Assembly: GCA_030748335.1 (NCBI GenBank)
Contig: JASMMD010000005.1
Coordinates: forward strand, 1-54,175
From: Candidatus Thalassarchaeum sp.
Lineage (GTDB): Archaea; Thermoplasmatota; Poseidoniia; Poseidoniales; Thalassarchaeaceae
Direction of reading: 5' to 3'
DNA length: 54,175 nucleotides
The position numbers were made by a program, and so were the translations under genes. Positions 9,563 through 18,783 of the stretch are shown here, piece by piece. Under the pieces are notes generated by a model. The model ran no database searches. It was not told the origin of the DNA and worked only from the letters and a program-made list of their open reading frames with translations. Each line of letters begins with the position of its first letter. Position 1 is the first letter of the stretch.

Positions 9563-12500
9563 ATGCATCTACTACGAATGGAACTGGAGAATTTCAAATC
9601 GTTCGGTGGCGAAGTTACCATCCCCCTCGAAGAGGGTTTCACAGCGATAACCGGACCAAATGGCTCAGGCAAGTCAAACACCTTAGACGCCCTGGAGTTC
9701 GTCCTCGGTCCGAAGTCTACCAAGTCCCTCAGGGCGGCCAACGTCACCCAGTTAATCTTCAACGGCGGCAAGCGAGGCAGGCCGGCCAAGCACATGTCAG
9801 CCAGTCTGGTCTTCGACAACACTCCTGAGGTCGACAGCCGGAGGAGGCTAAGGGTCGAGACCGACGAGGTGCGATTCACTAGAACGGTCAAGCTGGGCAG
9901 GAAGGGAGACCCGATCTCATCATACCGGATCAACGACGAACCCTCCTCGGCCACCGAGATGCGCAGGGTCCTAGCTGAGGCCGGTCTCCGGGCTGGTGGC
10001 TACAACATCGTGAAGCAGGGCGATGTTACTACGCTCGCCACGATGACCCCTCACAAGAGGAGAGGGGTCCTGGAGGAGGTCGCCGGGGTCACCGCCTACG
10101 ACGACGAGATCCGCAGGGCCGGCACCCAGCGCAAACACGTCGAGGCCAACATCGAGACCATCGACCTGTTCGAGGTCGAGCAGAAGAAGCGGCTCAAGGA
10201 CCTCGGCAAGGAACGCGAGCAGGCCCTCAAGTTCAAGCAACTCAAGGATGAGCTTGACATTGCTAGGGTATCGCTGCACCAGTCGAGGCACAGGAACCGC
10301 TCCGACGAGGTGCGGTTGTTGGGCGAGGAACGCTCGCGCTACCTAGAGGAAATTGACGGCATAGGAGGGAAGATCACCGATGGCAAGAAGGGAGTCTTGG
10401 CTCTTGACGAAGAACTGGTCAAGGTCGACTCCGACATCAACGAGATCACAAGCGGGGAGGCCCGAGGGCTGTTCGAGCAGATTCGCCAATACCAGATCGA
10501 CATCGAGACAGGCGGAGACAGGATTGGCGACCAGCGTAGCATCATCGAGGAGGCAGAAGAGGAGGCCGAGGTTTTCCGTACCGAGCTGCAGGGGGCACAA
10601 TCCGCCCACGAGGATGCGCAGGGCGCGCTCGACAGCGCCAGCCAAGCACTGGAGGAGGCGAAGGCGACACTCAAGAGCGCGTCAGCCGAGGAACTTGAAG
10701 CTAGGAACGCAATCGAGTCCGGCGACAAGGCAGGTAGGGACCTCAAGCGAACTCTGGGTCGGGCTTCCGAAGCCATGGACGAGGCACAAACCATTCACGC
10801 AGAGGCCAGCCTGAAGGCCGATCTTGCAGACCAGAAGGCCCAGATTGCCTCAAGCAAGCTGGCCGACTTGGAGGGGGAGTTCGAGGAGGCCACCATGGTC
10901 CGCGACGACCTCGAGCTGGTCGGCGAGGATCTGCAGGGAGACCAACCCGAGAAGGACCGCGGCTCGCTTGCCGAAGAACTGCGCAGGTTGCAGAAGCAGG
11001 AGGCGGAACTGGCCGGTGACAGAGACCGTTCGGAGCTCAGGGTCAGAGACGCCGAGAGAGAGTTGAACAAGGCCCGAGCCCGCCAAGAGGGCCGCTCTGG
11101 ATCACCTGGGTCTGCAGTTACCCTAGCAGCGCTCACCAAGCTCCGTCAGAGCGGTGACGTGAAGGGCATCCTCGGCTCGCTCGGCGAGCTCACAGCGCCG
11201 AAGGATCCATCTCACGAGGAAGCGCTCGCGAACGCCCTAGGGGCGGGACTGAGGAGCATCGTGGTCACCGACGACGACGTCGCAGCCAAGTGCATAGCAT
11301 GGCTCAGACAGAACGGAGGCGGTAGAGCCACCTTCCTGCCCCTCAGCAAATTGACCACCAGCCGCCCCGGGGGCCGCTCCCTGATAGTCACCAACAACCC
11401 GGGGGTCATCGGCTTCGCCCACGACTTGCTGGACTACGACTCAGAAATCGAGACCGCCGTGAGATACGCCGGGCGTAACACCCTCGTCGTGGAGACCATG
11501 GAAGTGGCCAGACGAAACATGGGTGGAGTACGACTCGTTACCCTAGACGGCTCCGTCATCGAGAGCTCGGGCGCCATGACCGGGGGCTCTAAAGCCACTT
11601 CAACTCGCAACGCCTTCGGAGGCGGCTCGGTTTCATCCAGCCTCGACAGACTGGAAGCAGCCGTTGAGGATGCAAATCTCCTCTACTCGACCGTCGAGGC
11701 CGCTCTCAGGGAACTGCGAGCCAACCAGCAGAGTCTACGCGACAGCATACACGGCCTCGACGGAGACGACCACTCGGTCAGACTGCGTAACTGGAAGGCA
11801 GACATCGAGCGAGCCCAGAAGAACGTTGACGAGGCCCGCAAGAAGGTCGTGGCCGCTACTCGGGAGTTCGAGCGCTGTGAGGAGGCGCAGGTTGCTGCTA
11901 GAGCCGCTGCCGACGAGGCCAGCGGAAATTTCGAGTCCGCAGCCGCCGTCAGAGCCGAAGCCGCTCAAGCCCTCCAGGACCACGCTCCAGACCATCTCTC
12001 GCAGAAGCTACGGGAGGCCGAGAGGCAAATGACCGAGGCAGAGCGCACTAAACTGGCTTCAGAATCGGCGATCTCCAGCAGCAACGAGCGCTTGCATATC
12101 CTATCCGGGCGAGTCGTGGAGATACAGAGGCAAATCGACAAGAAGCTCGAGGCCATATCGACCGCGGAGGCACGGATCTCCGAGTTGGAGAAGGCGATTG
12201 CAGAGGCCAACGACAACCTCGAGGACCTCAGGGTCCAAGCCTCCCAGTTCGACGAGGAGCAGCAAGCCCTCAAGGAACGGAGGGACGAGATTGTCGACGA
12301 GAGGGCAAGCCTGAAAGCCTCGGTCGAGACTATGTCGCAGAAGAGGGAAACCCTAGCGGCTCGCATAGAGGACCTGAATATACAAATCCAGCAGAAGCGC
12401 GAGGCTGTCGACGAGATTGCAGCCGAGTTGGAGGAAGCGGGAATCTCGATTCCGACAGCCGAGGCGCAGCTGCCGACCGTGGCCGAGGCGGAGAAGAGCG

Positions 12501-13480
12501 TGCAGGGGCTCGAGCGCCGCCTCGGTCATCTCGGCAATGTGAACATGCTAGCCATAGAGCAGTACGACAGCACAGCCGAGCGCATCGACGGGCTGGTCGA
12601 GGACGGCAAGCTATTGCGTAGCCGGCGTGAGCAGTTAGTTTCGCTGGTGGATCAGTTGGAGACTGAGCGCAAGACTAGGCTGATGACTGTGTTCGATCAC
12701 GTCAACAAGAACTTCTCGAGGGTCTACGAGATACTGCAGCCGGGCGGAAGCGGTAAACTGCGCATGGAGAACCTTAGGAATCCCTTCGATGGGGGCTTGG
12801 AAATGGACTGCGTACCTCCGGGCAAGAGCAAGAACACCCGCCGAAACCAGCTTTCTGGCGGCGAGAAGTCGATGGCCGCGCTGGCCCTGATATTCTCGAT
12901 TCAAGATTACGAGCCGAGCCCGTTCTACTATCTCGACGAAGTCGACCAGAACCTCGACCCATTCAACGCCGAGCGCATTGCCACTCTATGCAGAATACGC
13001 AGCCAACAAGCACAGTTCCTCATGGTGACCCTGCGCAAGATCAGTCTGACCCTAGCTGACCACCACGTTGGTGTCACCCACGCTGGTGATGGCCGCAGCC
13101 GACTCATCACTGACTTCGATAGGGTGGCCGCCATTGAGATGGGCGAGAAGTTCGAGGCCGAGCGGAAGGCCCAGACTCAGATCAAGGCAGATCGACAGGC
13201 TATGCCCGAATTGCCTGAACCCGAGGACATGCCGAGGACTCCCGATCCTCTGGGAACTCCGAAGAGCTTGGGTGGGCTAGCCGAGCGAGCCGGGGCGGAA
13301 ATCGAAGCCAGTGAGACGGAAGACAGGGTTGAGGCAGAAGGAGGAACCATCGAGTCATTGCGCGATCGCACCGAGGACTGGACCGAGGACATGGGCGAGC
13401 GCGAGGAGGTCGAGCAGGTCCTCGTAGAATCGGAGGAAGACGAGGTCGACTCCGAGGCTGAACAGAAGGAGGCTGAATAA
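9563..13480 (+). CDS. smc: Chromosome segregation protein SMC
   Basis: NFKSF, GPNGSGKSN, hinge GRATFLPL / G..TGG, LSGGEKS, YYLDEVD; GGTGAGG before ATG 9563. Confidence 0.98.
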   Translation: MHLLRMELENFKSFGGEVTIPLEEGFTAITGPNGSGKSNTLDALEFVLGPKSTKSLRAANVTQLIFNGGKRGRPAKHMSASLVFDNTPEVDSRRRLRVETDEVRFTRTVKLGRKGDPISSYRINDEPSSATEMRRVLAEAGLRAGGYNIVKQGDVTTLATMTPHKRRGVLEEVAGVTAYDDEIRRAGTQRKHVEANIETIDLFEVEQKKRLKDLGKEREQALKFKQLKDELDIARVSLHQSRHRNRSDEVRLLGEERSRYLEEIDGIGGKITDGKKGVLALDEELVKVDSDINEITSGEARGLFEQIRQYQIDIETGGDRIGDQRSIIEEAEEEAEVFRTELQGAQSAHEDAQGALDSASQALEEAKATLKSASAEELEARNAIESGDKAGRDLKRTLGRASEAMDEAQTIHAEASLKADLADQKAQIASSKLADLEGEFEEATMVRDDLELVGEDLQGDQPEKDRGSLAEELRRLQKQEAELAGDRDRSELRVRDAERELNKARARQEGRSGSPGSAVTLAALTKLRQSGDVKGILGSLGELTAPKDPSHEEALANALGAGLRSIVVTDDDVAAKCIAWLRQNGGGRATFLPLSKLTTSRPGGRSLIVTNNPGVIGFAHDLLDYDSEIETAVRYAGRNTLVVETMEVARRNMGGVRLVTLDGSVIESSGAMTGGSKATSTRNAFGGGSVSSSLDRLEAAVEDANLLYSTVEAALRELRANQQSLRDSIHGLDGDDHSVRLRNWKADIERAQKNVDEARKKVVAATREFERCEEAQVAARAAADEASGNFESAAAVRAEAAQALQDHAPDHLSQKLREAERQMTEAERTKLASESAISSSNERLHILSGRVVEIQRQIDKKLEAISTAEARISELEKAIAEANDNLEDLRVQASQFDEEQQALKERRDEIVDERASLKASVETMSQKRETLAARIEDLNIQIQQKREAVDEIAAELEEAGISIPTAEAQLPTVAEAEKSVQGLERRLGHLGNVNMLAIEQYDSTAERIDGLVEDGKLLRSRREQLVSLVDQLETERKTRLMTVFDHVNKNFSRVYEILQPGGSGKLRMENLRNPFDGGLEMDCVPPGKSKNTRRNQLSGGEKSMAALALIFSIQDYEPSPFYYLDEVDQNLDPFNAERIATLCRIRSQQAQFLMVTLRKISLTLADHHVGVTHAGDGRSRLITDFDRVAAIEMGEKFEAERKAQTQIKADRQAMPELPEPEDMPRTPDPLGTPKSLGGLAERAGAEIEASETEDRVEAEGGTIESLRDRTEDWTEDMGEREEVEQVLVESEEDEVDSEAEQKEAE

Positions 13481-14487
13481 TGGCGGTGTTCGATGGTAAG
13501 GCACTGCGTGACGATATCGTGGAGACGATGCTCGGTGGCGAAACCGACCTCGAGACTAGCAGGTATCTCGACAGGCTCGTCGAGCTGGCCACCCTCGAGC
13601 AGGCTGAGCACCAGTTCCTCATCGACCCGTTCGACCGCTCGGTAGCTCTGGTACTACAGCTCTTCCAGTCCAGCGACCTAGATCCCTGGGACGTCGACCT
13701 CAGTTCCTTCCTCGTTATGTTCAACGAGAGGATAAAGGAGTCTGAGAACATCGACCTGCCGACTTGCGGCAGGCTGGTCAGGATGACCTGGTGCATCCTG
13801 CGAGGTCAAGCATCCACTTTGCTGGAGAGGCAGGAACGCGCCTTCGACTTCGAGGAGGAGGAAGTGTGGGAATTCGACGGCGGCTGGGAGTCAGAGTTCG
13901 ACGATGCCGACTACAACTTCTCCGTAGGAGTCATGTCCGGTGCTGCCGACGAGGCCCTACCGCAGATGTTCGAAGGCAGGATCCATCGTGACGAGAGTAG
14001 ACCAGTCACCCTCGGCGAACTTCTACTAGGACTCAAGGACGCCGGCAGACTCGCAGCCGAGCAGCGGCTGCGTGAGGAGATAGCTAAGGAGCGCCGTGAA
14101 GCCAACGCCCGTGCTAGGGAGAGATTCAGCGGCAGCCTCCATGTGGAAGACCTCGAGGGCGATCTGCAGCGAACTTGGGAATCTCTCAAGGCCCGCTCGA
14201 AGGGGGCCGGAAAGCCCATCGTTTTGCAGGACCTGGTGCACGACATCTCATCGAAGTCAATTGAGTCCGGCATCGACAAGGAGGAAGCAGAGGCCGAGGC
14301 GCAAGTCACAGCCTTGGTTTCCGCTCTTTTCCTGACCAACAGGGGCTACGTCGACCTGAAGCAGGAGAAGGGACGCAATGGAAAAATCACTCTCAAGGAC
14401 CTGTGGGCCAAGGAAGATGACTTCTCGGTACTCTCCCAGAAGCTCCACCCCAACACGATGACCATGGAGGTAGTCACGGATGTCTGA
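13480..14487 (+). CDS. scpA: Segregation/condensation protein A (kleisin)
   Basis: LDPWDVDL, RPVTLGELL, C-terminal LVSALFL...G.VDLKQE; start overlaps the smc stop. Confidence 0.9.
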   Translation: MAVFDGKALRDDIVETMLGGETDLETSRYLDRLVELATLEQAEHQFLIDPFDRSVALVLQLFQSSDLDPWDVDLSSFLVMFNERIKESENIDLPTCGRLVRMTWCILRGQASTLLERQERAFDFEEEEVWEFDGGWESEFDDADYNFSVGVMSGAADEALPQMFEGRIHRDESRPVTLGELLLGLKDAGRLAAEQRLREEIAKERREANARARERFSGSLHVEDLEGDLQRTWESLKARSKGAGKPIVLQDLVHDISSKSIESGIDKEEAEAEAQVTALVSALFLTNRGYVDLKQEKGRNGKITLKDLWAKEDDFSVLSQKLHPNTMTMEVVTDV

Positions 14488-15103
14488 CCCTAGCCTTTCC
14501 ACGGTTCTCGAGGCGATACTCTTCGGAGCCGGCCGCTCGATGTCGGTCGAAGAGCTCTCCGAGCTCCTAGAGATGCCGCAGGGAAATGTCCAATCCGCCC
14601 TGCGCGATCTCCAGGCCACCATCCGTCGGCGCCGCGACTCTGCCCTCCAACTCACCGACGTTGCCGGCCGCTGGATCTTCGAGGTCCGGCCCAGTCTATC
14701 TCCACATCTGCCCGAGTCCTTCCGAGCCGATATCCCGCAGAGGCTTCTACCGGCTGCCGCACTGGTCGCATATCACCAGCCTATGGCCCAATCGCAGTTG
14801 GTTGACATGCTTGGTCAGAGGGCTTACGACCACGTGCGCGACCTCGCCAAGATGGGGCTAATCGACCGCAGGAGGGACGGCCTGACCCGCCGGCTGACGA
14901 CCACTCGGAGGTTCGCCGAGTACTTCGGATGCCCAGAAGTGGAGTATCGAAAGGTCAGAACCTGGTTCAGGGAGGAAGCCTCGAAAATGGGACTCACGAG
15001 CGCTCAGTTGGCGGCTTCCCTAGCTCCGGAGGAGCAACTCACCATCAACGAGTTCTCCGATGACTCCGAAACATCCGAAGAGCCCTTGGAAGCCGAGGAG
15101 TAG
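14480..15103 (+). CDS. scpB: Segregation/condensation protein B
   Basis: LEAILF, VAYHQP, AYDHVRDL, TTRRFAEYFG. Confidence 0.93.
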   Translation: MSDPSLSTVLEAILFGAGRSMSVEELSELLEMPQGNVQSALRDLQATIRRRRDSALQLTDVAGRWIFEVRPSLSPHLPESFRADIPQRLLPAAALVAYHQPMAQSQLVDMLGQRAYDHVRDLAKMGLIDRRRDGLTRRLTTTRRFAEYFGCPEVEYRKVRTWFREEASKMGLTSAQLAASLAPEEQLTINEFSDDSETSEEPLEAEE

Positions 15104-15104
15104 G

Positions 15105-16400
15105 TTACTCCGCTCGCACCCTCTCAAGCTCCTCTTCGACTGCCCTCTGGGTGATTCTGCCGCCCCTCTCGCGCAGTCGGGATGCTACGATGTCCACCTC
15201 GGCCCCCTCAGCGCCTGCGGTCACGGCCATGTTCCTAACGTGCAGCTTCATGTGACCGGCTTGGATTCCCACTGTGGCCAGTGCCCTCAGGGCCCCTAGG
15301 TTCTGGGCCAGTCCTGCCGCTGCCATCACCTTGGCAAGGTCGTCGGCGGAAGTAATTCCGAGCAGGGCCACATTGGCCTGGGCCGCAGGGTGGACTCTCA
15401 CGGCCCCCCCAACGAGGCCCACGGCCATCGGCAGCTCGATCGATCCCACCAGATTACCACCATCATCCTTCTCCCAGTGCGTAAGTGAGCCGTAGACCCT
15501 CTCGTGGGCAGCGTAGCTGTGGGCACCTGATTCAACGGCCCGCCAGTCTTGTCCACATGCGATTGCTATGGGAGAAATTGCGTTCATGATACCCTTGTTG
15601 TGAGTGGTTGCGCGGAACGGGTCGGCCTTGGCGAAGTGATAGGCCTGCAGCACCCCGTCAATCACCTCGGAGCCCTGTGCAGCATCGCCCTTTTCGGACA
15701 TTTCCTCAGGAGTGAATACCGCACTCACCCTAGCGAGCCTGTGCACAGCCAGATTGCTGATTATTCGCAGTATCACGGTCCCACCAGTCAATCCCTCTAC
15801 CTTCGGCGCAATCGTCTCGGCCATGGTGTTGACAGCGTTCGCCCCCATGGCGTCCCTGCAGTCAACGAGGATGTGTACTATCACCATCGGCCCGGAGTCG
15901 GTTTCGATGATTCTGGCTTGGATGTCCCTGCAGCCACCGCCGAACTTGACTAGAATCGGGTCCACAGAGTTGCATGATTCCACTAATTCGGCACTATTCT
16001 GCAGAATTGAAGCTATAGCAGCTTCCGGGTCCTTGCAGCCCACCACCTGAATCTGCCCAATCATCACAGGATCGTCGTTGTCGGAAGTAAATCCCCCTTT
16101 GGAATGGCATCGCTTCGCCATGTTGCTGGCCGCAGCAACCACACTAGGCTCCTCAAGCACGAAGGGAATCAGGTAGTGATCACCATCGATGATGAAGTTG
16201 GTAGCGACCCCTATTGGAAGCGAGTAGGTCCCAATCACATTTTCTATCATCCTATCGGCCGAATCCTCCGAGAGCTCCCCTGAGGATGACCACGCCTCGA
16301 CCTGCTCGGGGGTGAGTTTGGCTATGTCAGCCAGCATCTCCCTCCGTTCTGAAACCGAGAGCTTGTAGAATCCCTCTAGCCGGCTGCTGTCGACTGGCAT
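15105..16400 (-). CDS. hmgA: Class II HMG-CoA reductase
   Basis: SRLEGFYKLS, IENVIG, EEPSVVAAAS, DAMGAN, THNKG, GIQAGHMKLH; ATG at 16400 fits the family N-terminus. Confidence 0.95.
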   Translation of the reverse strand: MPVDSSRLEGFYKLSVSERREMLADIAKLTPEQVEAWSSSGELSEDSADRMIENVIGTYSLPIGVATNFIIDGDHYLIPFVLEEPSVVAAASNMAKRCHSKGGFTSDNDDPVMIGQIQVVGCKDPEAAIASILQNSAELVESCNSVDPILVKFGGGCRDIQARIIETDSGPMVIVHILVDCRDAMGANAVNTMAETIAPKVEGLTGGTVILRIISNLAVHRLARVSAVFTPEEMSEKGDAAQGSEVIDGVLQAYHFAKADPFRATTHNKGIMNAISPIAIACGQDWRAVESGAHSYAAHERVYGSLTHWEKDDGGNLVGSIELPMAVGLVGGAVRVHPAAQANVALLGITSADDLAKVMAAAGLAQNLGALRALATVGIQAGHMKLHVRNMAVTAGAEGAEVDIVASRLRERGGRITQRAVEEELERVRAE

Positions 16401-16488
16401 CCGTATCGGTTGAAGCCCGGTGGAATTGGCTTCTAACTGTTTGCGAGTGGCTTCGATATTCCTCCGAATCCGGGCTAAGGTCATGCGG

Positions 16489-16673
16489 AGCGTTTAGGAA
16501 AACACGTTAATTCGGCTATTAACGGGTCATTAACGCATCAATAAAGCGTTAGTGAAGCGTTAACGCCTAGGAATCACATTCGATTTACTGAGCGGAATCC
16601 CCCTGCCTAATGCACTTCGGAAATTCGCCAGAACGCGTTAAATCGGCTTCTAGGAAGCGTGAGGATGCGTGAA
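16489..16673. repeat. AT-rich intergenic array of CGTTAA-like repeats, including the palindrome GCGTTAACGC
   Basis: CGTTAA 16505; TTAACG 16519 and 16530; GCGTTAG 16546; GCGTTAACGC 16557-16566; GCGTTAA 16635; GCGTGA 16657 and 16667. Hand count gives 40 G+C in 16491-16590. Confidence 0.7.
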
Positions 16674-16705
16674 TATTAAGAATGATAGAAATCGCTGCTC
16701 GGGCA

Positions 16706-18484
16706 ATGATTGGAGAGGCAGTCTCGTTACTGGACCTACCTCCATTAAGGGGCAACCCATTCGACCACAGGCCGATTGACTCCACACGCGCTCAGGATCT
16801 AGTGGGACGCGATTCGCTGATGACCCGACTCAGGGAACACATCATCTCGGAATCCCCTAGGATGATACTCTTGGTAGGAGAGGGAGGCAGCGGTAGGACA
16901 TCCCTGGTGAACGCACTCTCCTCCCAGGTGAGCAAGAGGTTCGTCGGCAAGATATGGCCCCAAGACGAGACAGTAGTCTCGGTCATCAGCGAGGTCGCGG
17001 TCGGGTTAACTGGAAGCTTCGACGTTCCAGCCTCGACCGAGCAGATGTGCGAGAGGTTGATTGACACCCTCGAGCAAGGCACCGGACCACTCCCTCTGAT
17101 AGCCCTCGATTATCCGGATACGGTGCCGATGAATGACTTTCTGGCACGAATGTCACCTGTTTTGCAGAGTTTGAGAGCCTTGGTCATCGTGACATTGACG
17201 CCCGGACAGCTCGCCTCACTCGAAGAGGAGGTGCTTGAGGCGTTCGACCCCCCCGAGCACCTCGGGGGGCTGTCAGAGAGTCAGATACAGCGACTTGTGG
17301 ACAACCTCATGCGTAGGAAGGCGCGCGAGCGTTGGATACTCAAATCCGATCTGCTGTCTGCCATCCACGACAACACCGGGGGCAATCCACGGGCGGTCGT
17401 TCGCACATGCAGGAATCTAGTAGACGAGAGGAGGGGCGTCGGCTCGGAGGGGGCCCTTGAAAGGCTTGTTGGGTGGCAGAGGATTGTCGAAGAGGCGGAC
17501 GATGCAATCGAGGAAATCCCTAGGTCGAGAACGGAGCCGGAGCAGACCTCCGAGCCCGAGGTGGAGGATGACGAAGAGGACTGGGACACCGAGCCTGAGG
17601 ACCTATGGGGGGACGAACCGGAGCCCGTTGAAGAGCCCGAGGAGCTCGATTGGGACGAGGAGATTCCGGATCCAGAGGAGATTTGGGAAGACGAGCCCGA
17701 GCAGTCAGCCCCCGCCCCACAGCAAGGCCAGGAAACACTCGACTCCTTCGTCGTCGCGGAAGAGGTACCCGGGCCGGCGCCACAGCATCACCGGGTCGGA
17801 GGACTCAGTGGTCTGGCCGACAGATCGCAGAGAATCAGCGCGGCCCTGCCCGAGGGTCCTGACGAGACTCCAATCACCGTAGCTGAGAACCGACCGCAAC
17901 TCACGCCTGCACCAATTAGGCCACCCTCCAGCCCCGACCCCGAGTCAGCCTTCGTCACCGAGGCCAAGCCAGACACATCGGTCTCACCAACCGAGGACCA
18001 GCCTGTCATGGCCGCCGAGGGCGCCCTCTGGACCGTGGATCCCAGCCTCGGCTCATCTCTTCCCGAACTCGATGAAGGGGCTAAGGCCACGCCTGAACCA
18101 GTCTTCGACATCGAGCACTCCCCTCCTCCTCCGGCTCCGGAGCCCGAGCCTGTGTTCGAGGAGCCAGAGGCCGAACCCTCTCATCCCCTCCCACCACGTA
18201 TCCCAATTCCTCTAGGCCCCTCTTGGGACCCCGACGAGCCCCTAGACAGATCTAGGGCTGCAAACGTCTCTGAGACTGAGCGAGTAGTTCTGGCTGAGGC
18301 TAGGGAGCGTGAAGTATCGCCCTCCGATCCCGCCCTCCAGGCTGTCCTCGAGGTCGGCCGGACTAGGCTCTCCCAGATCTTCAACGGACTGCGTAAGGCC
18401 GGATTGCTCTCAGTCAGGAAGCAGGGTCGTACGAGGCTGTTCAAATTGAGCAGGGCAGCCTCGCTGGAGCTCGAGATGACCTAG
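16706..18484 (+). CDS. Uncharacterised AAA/P-loop protein with degenerate Walker motifs, a long acidic Pro-rich linker and a C-terminal ArsR-like winged helix
   Basis: NPF..P...LVGR, GEGGSGRTS, LIALDY, TGGNPR; C-terminal RTRLSQIFNGLRKAGLLSVRKQGRTRLFKL. The start could instead be 16682. Confidence 0.8.
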   Translation: MIGEAVSLLDLPPLRGNPFDHRPIDSTRAQDLVGRDSLMTRLREHIISESPRMILLVGEGGSGRTSLVNALSSQVSKRFVGKIWPQDETVVSVISEVAVGLTGSFDVPASTEQMCERLIDTLEQGTGPLPLIALDYPDTVPMNDFLARMSPVLQSLRALVIVTLTPGQLASLEEEVLEAFDPPEHLGGLSESQIQRLVDNLMRRKARERWILKSDLLSAIHDNTGGNPRAVVRTCRNLVDERRGVGSEGALERLVGWQRIVEEADDAIEEIPRSRTEPEQTSEPEVEDDEEDWDTEPEDLWGDEPEPVEEPEELDWDEEIPDPEEIWEDEPEQSAPAPQQGQETLDSFVVAEEVPGPAPQHHRVGGLSGLADRSQRISAALPEGPDETPITVAENRPQLTPAPIRPPSSPDPESAFVTEAKPDTSVSPTEDQPVMAAEGALWTVDPSLGSSLPELDEGAKATPEPVFDIEHSPPPPAPEPEPVFEEPEAEPSHPLPPRIPIPLGPSWDPDEPLDRSRAANVSETERVVLAEAREREVSPSDPALQAVLEVGRTRLSQIFNGLRKAGLLSVRKQGRTRLFKLSRAASLELEMT

Positions 18485-18492
18485 GTGCTGGG

Positions 18493-18783
18493 ATGTCAGG
18501 GTCGATAGTCACTAGGGGCAGGGTTGAGGAGTACCTAGCTCTGACCTCGGAGGCTAGGTCGAAGGCGACCCCATGCGCCGAGGGTGAGGCCGACGAGGCC
18601 CGGTTGGCTTCGATGCTCAGGATGTGTGATGATTACGCCTCTGATGCGAGGCATTTCATGGAGGAAGGGGACCTAGTCAGAGCCTTTGGAGCAATCAATT
18701 ACTCACACGCATGGTTGGACGCAGCGGTCCGAATCGGACTACTAGACGGGCACGGCGACGACCGGCTGTTCACACTGCCCTAG
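18493..18783 (+). CDS. DUF357 family protein
   Basis: Y.SDARHF.E.GD.V.AF.AINY.HAWLDA..R.G, typical of archaeal DUF357. Confidence 0.85.
   Translation: MSGSIVTRGRVEEYLALTSEARSKATPCAEGEADEARLASMLRMCDDYASDARHFMEEGDLVRAFGAINYSHAWLDAAVRIGLLDGHGDDRLFTLP

Noticed and set aside
9563-15103. Wadjet/MksBEFG defence system
   Set aside because: This is a canonical SMC with hinge plus ScpA and ScpB, and there is no JetD/MksG Toprim nuclease, so it is housekeeping condensin.
16401-16484. Longer start for HMG-CoA reductase (similarly the extended starts for smc, cdc6, aroA, maf and nfu)
   Set aside because: Family homology and Shine-Dalgarno positions favour the downstream starts.
16595-16625. Possible ORB or mini-ORB (C-run plus TGCA...GGAAAT)
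   Set aside because: Spacing and orientation do not fit the TCCAnnnGAAA...GGGG consensus, and there is only one copy.
16489-16673. CRISPR array or structured ncRNA interpretation of the repeats
   Set aside because: The repeats are 6-10 bp, in mixed orientation and without spacers; I see no SRP, RNase P or C/D-box hallmarks.
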